A DNA stretch of 63,713 nt, filler included, from Licmophora abbreviata (GCA_900291995.1; 9 parts of 9 records of this genome joined end to end with filler, not necessarily neighbours in it), one strand, 5' to 3'. Shown: positions 35,434 through 47,508, counted from the whole stretch's first letter. The notes: generated by a model not told the origin, from the sequence alone. Translations and numbers: made by a program.

Positions 35434-35824
35434 GTCCAGCTCTGTGCAGTCCGGCTAGCCAGAAGCTTGGAAACAACTACGATCGATGCACCAGAATGCA
35501 ACGCAAATCTTTAAAAGGGCTTCAGCAAAATGAGTTTAATTTTGAGAAGATGAGTGATGAGGCATCTCGCGCTCTGGTGATATTTTTCGAATTTGGATAG
35601 CTCGTATTGGCCCAAATATGGGCAAGCGGCCAGACTCTAGAGCTGACGACAACCGCATATCATTTGTTGTGGTGGGACGGACGGACGCAGAAAAGATTCT
35701 GTGTCTCACTCTCCGCGCTCTTATTGATGCGAAATCTGAAATCTCACAAGACACCACTGTCCACCACATCAACCACATGGTACCCTGTACATGGTGGTGA
35801 CCGGGCTCGTTGAGACTGATAGAT

Positions 35825-36832
35825 ATGACCATGGCTGCCCATTCTTGCAAATCGCGTCGCATCCGACATCCGCTATTCGAGGCAATTCTGCTCCTGGGCC
35901 TGCTGTGTCTCTGCCAGGCGATTCCAGCTTCTCCGTCCTCTGGGCCTGTGACGCTGTTCGTCAACACAATTCGGGACGCGAAACGGCACTTGATTGCCGC
36001 TGCTGTTGCCAGATCTGTCTCTATCTTCACCATGTTCCCGTTGGATACCTGGAAAACTAGAATTCAGATGGAACAAGATAACCCTTTTCGGATGGCAGGT
36101 TTGTACAAAGGGGTTGAAGGCTCGCTGCTAGGACAGGTGCCGTACGGTGTCTTGACGTTTGGATCCTATGAGATCTACAAGGAATCGCTCATAAACCATT
36201 TTCCAAACACTAAACCGGTCTTTCTATACGCGTTTGCGGCAATCCTTGGTGATTTGACTGGATCTGGCTGGCTGTGTCCCAGTGAGGTTGTGAAGCAACA
36301 GATGCAGGCTGGGATGTACTCGTCGACGACTGAAGCTGTTAGAACAATCTGGAGGAAGCGTGGTCTCGCGGGCTTGTACCAGGGATACTGGGGTGGAGTG
36401 GCTCGTGATGTTCCTTTCCGTGTAGCGCAGCTCACTTCTTACGAAGTGACCAAAAACTTGTACTTGCGTATAAAGAAACGACGACTAGATGGCAACACCT
36501 CAGCAGACCGAAGAAAGAACGTCGTTGCCTCTAACGCAAACTTGGAACTATCTGCGGTCGACTCAGCAGTCTGTGGAGCTATTGCGGGGTCATTTTCAGC
36601 TGCTATAACGACTCCGCTTGACCGAATCAAGACACTCCTGATGACGGATAGCGCAGCCTACGGCGGGACGGTCGCATCGTGTGCCGCGAAGATCTGGAAA
36701 GACGAGGGCATCACAGGCTTTGCCGCTGGACTAGTCCCACGTGTGACTTACATCGCACCCAGTGTTGTAATCTTCTTTATTGCCTATGAACAAGTTCAGC
36801 AAAGGCTGGGAACTGGTCGACACGCGGGGTAA
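35825..36832 (+). CDS. Mitochondrial carrier family protein (SAM-carrier-like) with N-terminal signal peptide
   Basis: Three PX[DE]XX[KR] motifs (PLDTWK, PSEVVK, PLDRIK); RDVPF typical of SAM carriers; hydrophobic AILLLGLLCLCQA. Confidence 0.85.
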   Translation: MTMAAHSCKSRRIRHPLFEAILLLGLLCLCQAIPASPSSGPVTLFVNTIRDAKRHLIAAAVARSVSIFTMFPLDTWKTRIQMEQDNPFRMAGLYKGVEGSLLGQVPYGVLTFGSYEIYKESLINHFPNTKPVFLYAFAAILGDLTGSGWLCPSEVVKQQMQAGMYSSTTEAVRTIWRKRGLAGLYQGYWGGVARDVPFRVAQLTSYEVTKNLYLRIKKRRLDGNTSADRRKNVVASNANLELSAVDSAVCGAIAGSFSAAITTPLDRIKTLLMTDSAAYGGTVASCAAKIWKDEGITGFAAGLVPRVTYIAPSVVIFFIAYEQVQQRLGTGRHAG

Positions 36833-36900
36833 AATGCTAAACGATAATTGAGAGACCAAGGGGTTGGTAGCTTTTTGAGTAAAAGATTAATGAATGATAG

Positions 36901-39900
36901 CTAGCGATCGGCGATTTGCTTTGCGGCATCTAGCGCCATTATCTCAGCCCCCAGCCCCGTAAGGGCGTCTTTCAGCTCGCGAAATGCCGATGCTCGAGCG
37001 TCGGCGACGCCGGCGAGCGTTTCGTCATCAGCGCCCAATGGCACATCCTTTGGCGACAACCTATCCCCTTGTGCGGATAGAACACTTCCCAATGTCCGGG
37101 CGGACGGCACAAGTTCCTTCTTTGCATCATCTCCCAGCAAAAGACTGCTGCAATATTCCAGCGAAAGAATCAAACTGCACGCAGTCCCCAGCTGCTGATC
37201 GAAAAAGTCTCTTCGTTGTTTATCGGCTTTGTCNNNNNNNNNNNNNNNNNNNNNNNNNNNNNNNNNNNNNNNNNNNNTTAATTAATTAANNNNNNNNNNN
37301 NNNNNNNNNNNNNNNNNNNNNNNNNNNNNNNNNGTTCAGTGCAAGAAGCTCCTCATCGACAACTGGTTCGGACGAACAGACGCGGTCCGTGAGAGAAGAT
37401 AAGCTGCGTGGAGAGACAAAAGAAGATCAGAAAGACAGCGAACGGTCGACATCGTTTAGGAGCGACGGGAGTTTGACACTCACATTCCAGCATAGCCGTT
37501 GCTGTACATCACTTGGAGGTAGGTTAGAGCTGATTCCAACGACTGATTCGTCATCTGCAGATTAGCTTGAAGCCATGCATAGTGAGATCGAAGAACCTTC
37601 ATCGCGTTCCCGCGAACTTTATCCAAATCCTGTGTACAAAGAAAACTCTCTATTGCATCCAGAAGTCTGGCCTTTCTTTGCATCGCTCCGGTGATCACCC
37701 CCACCAGCCGTACTATCGTTTCTCTTTCAGCAACCTGCTCCACGACAGCGGGGTCCATTCCGTTGATCATGGCAGGCGGGACGCGTGTCACTCCCGATGA
37801 CTCGGAGTCAATATTTTGTCCAGGGAGCAAGTTTCTGTCTCTCACTGTCAATCTGCTGAGAAGGGACTTGGTCGAGTGTCCCTCTTCCTCCGGACCTGCA
37901 AGTTGGAACGGTCACACTATAGTTTTTGCCAAAGTACAGATTCAAGGAACATATACATGCATCCAGTCGCTTACCATAGACAGGACCATAACTGGTTCCA
38001 TATGGGAGTGATCCTGGTTCCGAATGCAAATCCGAGATGACGCTTATGTGATTTAGAGACGTTTCTGCGGCGTGGAATAGAATATCGGGCACACCGTGAC
38101 TTGCAACGTCAATGTCAGGACAAAAAGCAAATCCAAGTTCCTTGCGCTCAAACATGATCACATAACCGTGTCGTTCCTCGTCGTGAGAGAGTACAGTCCC
38201 GCGATGGATGATTCGATACCTGGAATTGTACGCAGAAACGGTCGATCCGACCTTTATTGCAGCCGGCACTTCATAGCGAAAGTAAGGTGGTCTCCCACGC
38301 CTCACTTTCTGGACCCAACGTGCAGTATGCCGGTAAGCACTTAATTGATCGAGCTGTTTCTGAACAAATCGCCTTGAAAACCTGCGGGGTCGGTTCGGAA
38401 TACATCGTCTTACTAGACTCCACTCTCGTCTCGTCAACTTGGAATGGGGCGGAATCCCAAGTTTCGCAACTTCGGCTTTGAACTCATTAAAGGAAAACCT
38501 AAAAATTGAACATAGCAAGTTAGTGATGTTTGGCAGAGCGAAATTAAAAAAGACCTTATTCGTTTCGCACTCACCATGCGCGATCTAAGTCACTGTAGAA
38601 GAACTCATGATGAGCCCAAGATCTTCCGCTCCCCTTCAGACAGTTGATCACCTTGGTACTCCACGAGGCATAGATGGAATCCGAGTGTCGACGGCGAGGC
38701 GGCTCCTTTGTTGACGGCTTTCTCTGTACGTGGGGAATGGGATTGGCTGCGGACCATGAGGGAAGACCGGCCTCAATCTGCGATAAGGCAAAAGCTGATG
38801 GCACATCAATCTCCGGTAAGTTCTTGGAAGCTGGTGTCCATTGCTGTCGTCTTCTCCATTCCAACAAATTTAACGAGACAGGGGCTGACAAAGAGTGTAC
38901 TGCGCGAGCATCATCAAGATTCTTGTAGATCGACGCAGGATCAATGGGCCCCAGAAGAAATCCGGACATGTCTTCCTCCTCTTCATCCACCTGCTGCTGC
39001 TTCCGCTTTCTCCGTGTCGATGGTTGAGCCGGAGACATCGCTGGTGGAATGAGCCGTTTCTTGCTCTTTCCTGGATGCTACAGCCGAGACGACGTGTCAC
39101 AGAGGTGAGTAGACATACACAACAAGAGCGTGCATCACGTCCGTGCCATACGAACCTTCGGGATTCCTGGTTGTTTTTCCTTTCCTTTCAGTGCTATGGG
39201 AGCCCGCGAGGAAAGCGCTACAACCTTTTTAGAAGAACGTTTCTCTGTATCCTCTGGCGAGTCTGTCTTCTTTCGTTTCGCCTTCCGCTGAGAGTGACGT
39301 GTGTTGACAATCGCAAAACCATATGCCGTGAGATCTCTAGAAGAAGGCGCAACCGGTCCACACAATCTCTTTGCTATTCACAACTTACTCGCCCGAGACG
39401 GGTCGGAAGTGGACCCATCTCTTCTTCCAGCTCTTCGACGGCTGATACAAGCGCATTGAGTCCCATGCTCTCCTTCTCTTCGCGCTCTCTGCTTTTGGCA
39501 ATGCGACTGCTTCGAGCCATCCCACGCGTGAGTCGCCGCGGCTTCCCATTCTCGTCGTCTGAATCTCCCGACTCATGATTGTCACCAGCAATATCAAGTC
39601 TACCAAGATGATAGTGGCCTTGTCGATGGTGATGGTACGGTTCCCAAAAGTCCGTACGTTTGTGCAATCCAATCGCTTTACGGATCCACGTCATGGTTCG
39701 TTTGTCTAATGCCGAAGGACTCTGCCGTTGCGTGTCCGATGCGACCTTCTTGTAAACTTCTTGAGCGATAGATTGCTCTTCAAACACAACATAGACGGTT
39801 TCTAATATTCTTTCTCTTTCGTCCTCTGAGTCTTCAGCGAGGTCTAGACGATACCGGACTTCATCCTGAGCTGCTCGGGCCGTCCGTGCCATGCGATTCC

Positions 39901-40192
39901 CAACAGCGTTTTCGTCCAACACTCCGACAGTGAGTCCTGCCTCAAGGTACTCTTTAACCCGTTGGAGAGTCGCTTCGTCTAAGTTGTCGGCTCTCCGGCT
40001 GTGGGAGTGTCGTCGCGGCGAGTAGCTGTGTCGATGATGTTGGTTCGTATGGGTCGCATCGTTACTCGCACGAGAGCCTTGCGCGGGAAGTTGGGTGTCT
40101 ACGTTTGGGGCCCCTGTCTCGTCGTCAACTTGGTCTTTCTTTGTCGACGTGGTAGCACCAGATTCGACGAGATTCGACACTTCCTTGTCCAT
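36901..40192 (-). CDS. LIN9: LIN9/ALWAYS EARLY-like DIRP-domain protein (MuvB/DREAM); multi-exon, spans gap 37234-37333
   Basis: WAHHEFFYSDLDRAW, KLTRREWSLVRR...RPRRFSRRF, Tudor-like YVIMFERKELG...CPDIDVA; assignment of outer exons is inferred. Confidence 0.78.
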
Positions 40193-40682
40193 CGTGGCGC
40201 TGGAGTGTGAAAATGAGCAAGCGGAAAAAAGCCAATCTTGGAGGGAAATCGCGTTCGAAGTGCGATACGTTGAATTTGAAGAAGTTCGACTCTCCTTGCG
40301 ATAGGCACTTTCTCAGATACTCTTCAATAATGTGTTAGCTCTAGCTCTGTTGGGAAGAACAGTAAACAAGTGTNNNNNNNNNNNNNNNNNNNNNNNNNNN
40401 NNNNNNNNNNNNNNNNNTTAATTAATTAANNNNNNNNNNNNNNNNNNNNNNNNNNNNNNNNNNNNNNNNNNNNACCACGAGGTCTGAGTCGATACCACGA
40501 TACCACACCTTTCGAAAAAAACGCGCGAAGCATTCACCTCTGATTTAGTATGGTGAGGCGATGAGGCGTCGCTGCGCTTTTGTGCACATCGTTGAACTCA
40601 TCTGTCGGTGACAGCGTTTGCATTGGCCTGCCTGCTTATTCTCTTCCTTATCTTGGAGATATCTATCGTGTATTTGTAAACC

Positions 40683-42470
40683 ATGGGTGCTTTGGAGAAA
40701 ATAAAGGTAGATTGATAGTTTGTCGAGGAGAGAACGAAGAAGGCGTGTCCGCATCGTCGCAAACTCACATGTGTTACCCGTGCCGTCACGGTTACCCTCT
40801 CTTGCCCCTTGACACAGGAAATAGAGGCCGAAATGGCCAGGACGCAAAAGGTATGGAAGTCTGTTGGTTTCCGGCTTCCAATAGATCGTTCCAGTATCTG
40901 AAAATGCTCTCACGCCCATCTCTTCTCGTCACCTTAGAACAAGGCGACCAACTATCACCTCGGTATGTAAAGCGGAGCCCATACCCCTCAGACACGCGAC
41001 GCTGCCAAACTCTAATCATAATTCTTCTGGCACTTCTCCTCTCCCGTTTCAGGTACTCTCAAGGCCAAGCTTGCCAAGCTCCGTAACGATCTCTTGGTTG
41101 AGCAGGGGGGAGGCTCGGGTGGAGGGGGAAAAGGCGAAGGTTTTGACGTAGGACGGCTTGGAGATGCTCGGGTTGCTTTGATTGGATTCCCAAGGTACGT
41201 TCTATCATTCTGTGTGCATGACAGGCCTGCTAGACAACTTCCCCTCATTATCATTCGTCTAACGCGTGGACTGCAGTGTTGGAAAGTCGGTACGTGTTAC
41301 GGAATATGAACATTTGCGATTCCTCTGTGCGCGACTCTCTCTCATCAACTTTCGTTCATACATACCAGAGTCTCTTGGCCGCTCTGACGACCACTCAATC
41401 GGAGGCGGCCGCCTACGAATTTACCACATTAACTTGTGTGCCCGGGGTTATGCACTATCTGGGATCAAGAATTCAAGTGTTGGATCTGCCAGGGATCATT
41501 GAGGGTGCTGCGCACGGTGCCGGTCGTGGCCGTGAGGTTATTGCCGTGGCACGTGGAGCGGATGCGATTCTTATTGTCCTAGATGCTGGCAAGGAAGGTT
41601 TGAATCGCCACAGGGAGATACTAGAACTCGAATTGGAGACGGTAGGCATTCGTCTCAATCAGCAGGCACCCAATGTGACGTTGACGAAAAAGAAGACGGG
41701 CGGCATTCGATTTGCCTCGACGGTGCCGCTGACGAAACTAGGACCGGAACCAGACAAGGTGGCTACGCAAATCTTGCGCGAATACAGAATTACTAATGCT
41801 GATTTGTTGGCTAGAGAGGACATTACTGTGGATCAATTGGTCGACGTCATTCAGGGAAATCGCGTCTACATTCGTGCCGTGTACCTCTACAACAAAATTG
41901 ATACGGTCACAGTCGAAGAGGTCGATCAGCTAGCGAGAATGCCGCATTCAATCGTTGGTAGTGTCGCATTGCGACTCAACATTGGTGAACCTGACGAAGA
42001 CGACGTGGTAAAGGCAAAACTTTGGGAGTACTTGGGCCTGACTCGGATCTATACCAAGCGGAAGGGTAAGTAGCGCCAAGAAGGGCCAACGGGTTATTTC
42101 CGCTTATGCTTTTGTACACTCATTATCGACGAAACTTGCAGGCCAACCACCGGACTTGGGAGATCCCGTCATATTATCTGACATTCGTCGCGGAACTACC
42201 GTCAAGTCACTATGTATGAACGTTTCTTCGCAAATGCTGCGAGACTTCAATTATGCGCTGGTGTGGGGTAGGAGTGCTAAGCATTCGCCTCAGCGATGCG
42301 GTGTGAACCACCCGCTTGAAGACCAGGATGTTGTTCAGATCGTGACCAAGACTAATAGCCAGCAACGACAAGACAAGAACTACCAGACGATGGTTCAGGG
42401 GTTTTCGGACAAGTACCACCAGAAGAAGTTTGAGGCGAAGAAACAGAAGCAATCAAAATTGAGAGGATAA
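40683..42470 (+). CDS. DRG2: Developmentally regulated GTP-binding protein (DRG2-like); 7 exons: 40683-40706, 40818-40850, 40938-40962, 41053-41194, 41277-41289, 41369-42065, 42142-42470
   Basis: [59 protein letters not shown] domain [25 protein letters not shown]. Confidence 0.93.
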
Positions 42471-42689
42471 GGGCACTGTAGCTAAGTTATCCAACTCGTC
42501 TGCGATTTACGGTTACAGAATCTGAACCAAAGGTGTGATACACTGTCTGTTTCGTCTTCGCGATAGTCGAGTCATGAGTCAAGTCCAGTCACGCAACCAC
42601 AACACAAAACGCGTGCACTCTCTCTCGCGAGCATTTTGACGATGTTATCGACACACGGCGACCGAAGTATCGTCAGTACCTGTTATTGG

Positions 42690-44212
42690 ATGAAGCTGTT
42701 CCTCTCGCTGTGTACCCATTTAGTCCCTTTATGCTCTGGGTGGACGAGAAATATCGTATCGACAAGAAGTTTCGTCCGAAGACTCATCCCTAGTACCCGC
42801 ACCTCGTCTTCCCGATTCATGACCAGGCTCAACATGTCTGACACCACGCCGCGATCCAAAAGAGCTAAGCGACGAGCGCCCTCTTCACAAAATCACACGC
42901 CGGGCACTGGGAATGGCGCTTTGAAACTACCAAAGCACTCTCCAAAAACTCCATCGTCTCTCCCTAGGAAACGTGCAGACGCATCGACTTCGTCATCGCC
43001 GGAGAAGAATGCCGTGCTTCGGTCGGAACAAGTGTCGGCATTGAATCCAGATCAAGAGTACCAGGATCTCGGGGTTCTTCCATGTGAACTTCGTCCTTCA
43101 GCTACTTTGACGACAGGGCAATGCTTCCATTGGAGAGTAGTCGAACAGGGGGACACTGTCCCGAGCCCTGGATCGGCTTGGGGGTCACATGATGCAACCG
43201 AGTGGGTAGGAGTGTTGCGTCTAGCCGACGACGATCAGTCTCTTGTCGTTTCTATCCAAGAGACTCCCGAGACGACGATGTATCGCACTCTATGTGCTCC
43301 TCCGGGAGTTGATGTGCGGAAGGTACTTCACGAATATTTTCAACTGGATGTGGAATTACTGCCTTTGTATGAGGGATGGTCTACCAATGATCCTGCTCGC
43401 CTAGCGCGCATTGCGGATCGCATTCGCGGCGTACGAATCGTACAGCAAGATCCATGGGAGTGTCTTGTCAGTTTTATCTGTTCCAGCAACAATAACATCC
43501 CGCGTATTACAAAGATGCTTTCCGCCATTCGACGTCAATACGGGAGACCTCTAATGACGATTGGCGATGAGACTCTTTACTCGTTTCCTGGCATGGAGGC
43601 ATTTCGTCGAGGGGCGACAGAGGCTGATTTACGAGACATTGGTTTGGGATACCGCGCAAAATACTTGATTCATACGGTGAATACCTTGCATTCTTTAGGG
43701 GGCGAGCCATATCTCATGGAGCTCAGAAGCGACACCAACCCTTGCTCCGTGCAAGAGAAGCTAATTCAGTTTGCTGGTGTCGGGCGCAAGGTCGCAGACT
43801 GCGTCGCGCTGTTTTCGCTTTGCCAATACAATGCGATCCCAGTCGATGTGCATGTGTGGAACATTGCTCGCCGCGACTACGATGCTGAAGGGATTCTGAC
43901 GGAAGTGAAGAGCCTAACACCGACGATTTACCGGCAGGTCGGTGACCTCTTTCGTAGTCGCTTTTCAGAGAAAGCTGGGTGGGCCCATTCTCTGCTTTTT
44001 GTCGCTGAGCTGCCAAGCTTTCGTGTAGTGCTGCCTGCCGACATGGTGTTGGAGATGGAGCAGGTGAGACGAACTGCACTTTGATCTCGTGTACTAGGTC
44101 CTCGTGCGTCCGCTTACACTGTCGCCTTGTTGCGTGATTGCTTGTCAAGTTTCGGAAGCAAGAACAGGAGCGAAAAGAAGCCGCGAAGGCCGCAAAGCGA
44201 AGCAAGTCGTGA
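42690..44212 (+). CDS. OGG1: 8-oxoguanine DNA glycosylase; intron 44064-44149
   Basis: TLTTGQCFHW, QDPWECLVSFICSSNNNIPRI, GLGYRAKY, HhH GVGRKVADC, IPVDVHV, AGWAHSLLF. Confidence 0.95.
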
Positions 44213-44516
44213 CTCTTCGCACATTACTTGCTTAGGTTGTGAAGACAGAGGATCACGCCGCTAGGCGAGGACGAGATACTGATGTATTGATCTAAAAGGA
44301 GGAACACAAAAATGCTCGAATGTTCAAGTGTTGCATGCTCTATCAGAGGCCAGACCACCGTCTGTCCAACACACCGCACACGTACGTACTACGCGAGACC
44401 TTTTTCGCGGCACACTNNNNNNNNNNNNNNNNNNNNNNNNNNNNNNNNNNNNNNNNNNNNTTAATTAATTAANNNNNNNNNNNNNNNNNNNNNNNNNNNN
44501 NNNNNNNNNNNNNNNN

Positions 44517-46406
44517 AGTGGTGGCTGGAAACTGGAAACTCAACCCAGCGACCTATTCAGACGCAATCAATCTACTAAAACTACTTTCCTCGAATTTCAA
44601 GAATCATCGATCAGCGTCTGATTGTGTTCACGAAGTCCCAGAGGTTGTTGTCTTTCCACCGCACCCATTTCTGAATGTAGCCATTGCAGAACTAGAAGGA
44701 ACGGGTATTAAAGTAGGCGCACAAAATGTCGGACTAGAGACGAACGGAGCCTACACGGGCGAGGTGGCAGCATCCATGGTGCGGACCTTAGGTTGTGACT
44801 ACGTCATGTTAGGTCATTCCGGACGGCGCTCTCTCTACGATGAAACGGACAGGGAAATAAATGCCAAAGTGCATTTGTGTCTCAAAGAGAGCGGCCTCAA
44901 CGTGATTCTTTGTGTGGGTGAAAGTGACGAGGAATACGAGAACGAGCTCCTTCGCAGTGTGGTTGATGTCCAGTTGAAGAAAGGACTAATGGGAGTCAGT
45001 GCCTCTAACCTCGATCGTATTGTCGTTGCATATGAACCTGTACGTCTTTGCCGGAAAACATATAGATTCGATTCTTGCGGATTCCTCTCACAGTCTCTTC
45101 CGTCGCGTTCCAGGTGTGGGCTATTGGAACCGGTGAGTAGACTCGAAGCGGTGTTTCAAGGGTCCCCCGGCATACCTTTTCTCACAGTTCCGCTCTCTTG
45201 ACATAAGCAGGCAAAGTAGCGACTCCAGAGCAGGCTCAGGTAGCGCATGTGGCGGTAAGACAGACTCTTGCAAACATGTTTGGCTCTGACGCTGCGAGAG
45301 ACATTAGAATCCAGTATGGCGGATCAGTCAACCCGGAGAATGTTGAAGATTTAATGGCGATGCCTGACGTTGACGGTGCATTGGTTGGCGGAGCTTCCCT
45401 CACAGCAGATTCATTCACTCGCATTGTTGACGGTGGCATAAACAATCCAGCGATGCAGTCGTCGAAGGCACATGAGCTTACAGCACGCGAATCCGTCTCT
45501 ACGAAGAACGTGCTAGGAGAGAGTCCGGTCTGGTCAGTACGAGACCAGGCGTTGTATTGGATATCTGCCCCGGAAGAAGAAGTGTGGACATGGAACATGA
45601 AAGACTCTCCCTACCGTCGTCTCGTGGGTACGACACTCGGTTGCGTTGCCGTCAGAGCCGGCAATGAAAAGGGATCTATTGTATTGGGAGGCGAACGTGC
45701 GTTTCTCTCCCTTACCATGTCACCAAGCGCTAGTGACTTTGCGGAAGGTTCGAAGGTTCTATGCGACCGCCCTGAACAGACGGAGGCGACCCGGCCAAAC
45801 GATGGGAGAGTGGACCGGCAAGGGCGTCTCGTCTTTGGAATGTACAACAACTACCATCGCGAAGGCTCGTCTGCGGGTACGAACAATGCAGGGCTTTACA
45901 GACTGAACGAAAAACTCGAAGTCGAGTCCCTGCTCGATTACAGGTACCGTGTGTCCAACTGTATCTGTTTCCCCGAGGACGGCAAAATTATGTATTTTTG
46001 CGACACTCCAACCCGGGCGCTCTATGCATTTGACTACCCTGAAGACGAGAGCGGGAAGCTATCAAATCGACGGCTGGTGTGGACGATGCCTCCAAATTTG
46101 CCCGGCGGACCCGACGGCGCGCAATGCGATTCAGAAGGTTTCGTGTGGGTAGCGCTTAGCGGAGCTAGCCGAGTCGTCCGAATTGACCCGACAAAAGGCG
46201 TGGTAGACATGGTCGTAAATCTTCCGGTGAAATGCCCGACATCGGTGACGTTTGGAGGCCCTGATCTGGACGAGCTGTTTATCACAACGCGCGGGCCCGA
46301 CGGAGGGGGTCTGTACCGTTTGAAGATGCCGTTCGGAATAAAAGGACTCCCTGAACCAGAGTTTCAGATATCTGGTGATGTTGACTCTGAGAAATTCGTA
46401 AGCTAA
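44517..46406 (+). CDS. Triosephosphate isomerase - SMP-30/gluconolactonase fusion (5' end in gap); introns 45040-45113, 45133-45210
   Basis: TPI: VAGNWK, GAYTGE, GHS(G)[39 protein letters not shown]. Continues in frame into [51 protein letters not shown]. Confidence 0.92.
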
Positions 46407-46416
46407 CAATCTGTTC

Positions 46417-47508
46417 CTATGATATTTGATTTACAAATTCCTCAATCTTGTTGAGCGGTGATGGGATGCTCGCCCCATACGTTATCACACCCCTCGCTCC
46501 CGTGGCACAGCCCCAGACTAGTCCCTGTTCGATTGCCTTTCTCGGCCAGAGATCAGTAGACGGGTCAAACTCAGCTGCATACTGCCATCTCCATATCCCA
46601 TACACAAAGCCAGCACAGAAGCTGTCACCAGCTCCTGTTGGATCGACGGCCTGCACGGTCGCCGCAAGTTGCGACGCCATGATTTTCCCGCCTCGGAGCG
46701 CCACCGCTCCGCGATCGCCTCGCGTCACGACCACACATGTAGAGGGACTTGCCAAGGCAATTACTGCCGCCCATCGCTCAAGCTCATTTGCGCCTTCCAT
46801 ATGATGGTCAGCAACGCCGTTATCGCGTCCAACGGTCATGCCCTCGGCCTCCAGCTCATTCAGTACCAGGAAGTCCACGAGGGGCAGCAGGTCCAACAGC
46901 CCACCGTCCCAATCTCCGCTAGCGTCATGTTGCGGAACTAACGATATAGTCAATGAGGAAGATCTTGTTCGATATGCTTCAAGCTCTCGTTTGAGTTTCC
47001 CATCCCAGAAACCACGAATATTGAAAAAGCCGGCAATATGAATGTGTGAATGGCGTACGTTGCAGTCGCCACCGATTAGCCTATGGCCTTGCACATCAGA
47101 AGCTTCAAACTCGTCCATGCAGCCCGTATGCGTAAGAAACGACCTTTCTCCTTGAGCAACCATGACGATACAGTGTCCCGTCGAGCTCGCGGAATTCTCC
47201 TGATGGCAGTTAATCAGCTGGAACCTATGCTCCTCCGCGTGCCGGAGGAGGAGTCTTCCATAATCATCGTTCGGATTCAAAGTCGTGAAGAGCTTCAAAG
47301 CAATAGACAACCATTCCTCTCCCTTATGACTGAACAAGCTTTGAACATGCGTCGCGGTGTTGACGGCAGATCCACCCGCCATTTGATTCACAGGCTTGTA
47401 CAGGCGAGCATCGCCTCCAGCTTCCGGAAAGTCGTTTTCGAGGTAGCACAACAAGTCTACGAAAGCATCACCGATTACGTCAATCGACAAGTAGCGGTTT
47501 TCCGACAT
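46417..47508 (-). CDS. PfkB/ribokinase family carbohydrate kinase
   Basis: VIGDAFVD, GGSAVNTA, GERSF, LNELEA, VVTRG.RG, DPTGAGDSFCAGF. Confidence 0.92.
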   Translation of the reverse strand: MSENRYLSIDVIGDAFVDLLCYLENDFPEAGGDARLYKPVNQMAGGSAVNTATHVQSLFSHKGEEWLSIALKLFTTLNPNDDYGRLLLRHAEEHRFQLINCHQENSASSTGHCIVMVAQGERSFLTHTGCMDEFEASDVQGHRLIGGDCNVRHSHIHIAGFFNIRGFWDGKLKRELEAYRTRSSSLTISLVPQHDASGDWDGGLLDLLPLVDFLVLNELEAEGMTVGRDNGVADHHMEGANELERWAAVIALASPSTCVVVTRGDRGAVALRGGKIMASQLAATVQAVDPTGAGDSFCAGFVYGIWRWQYAAEFDPSTDLWPRKAIEQGLVWGCATGARGVITYGASIPSPLNKIEEFVNQIS

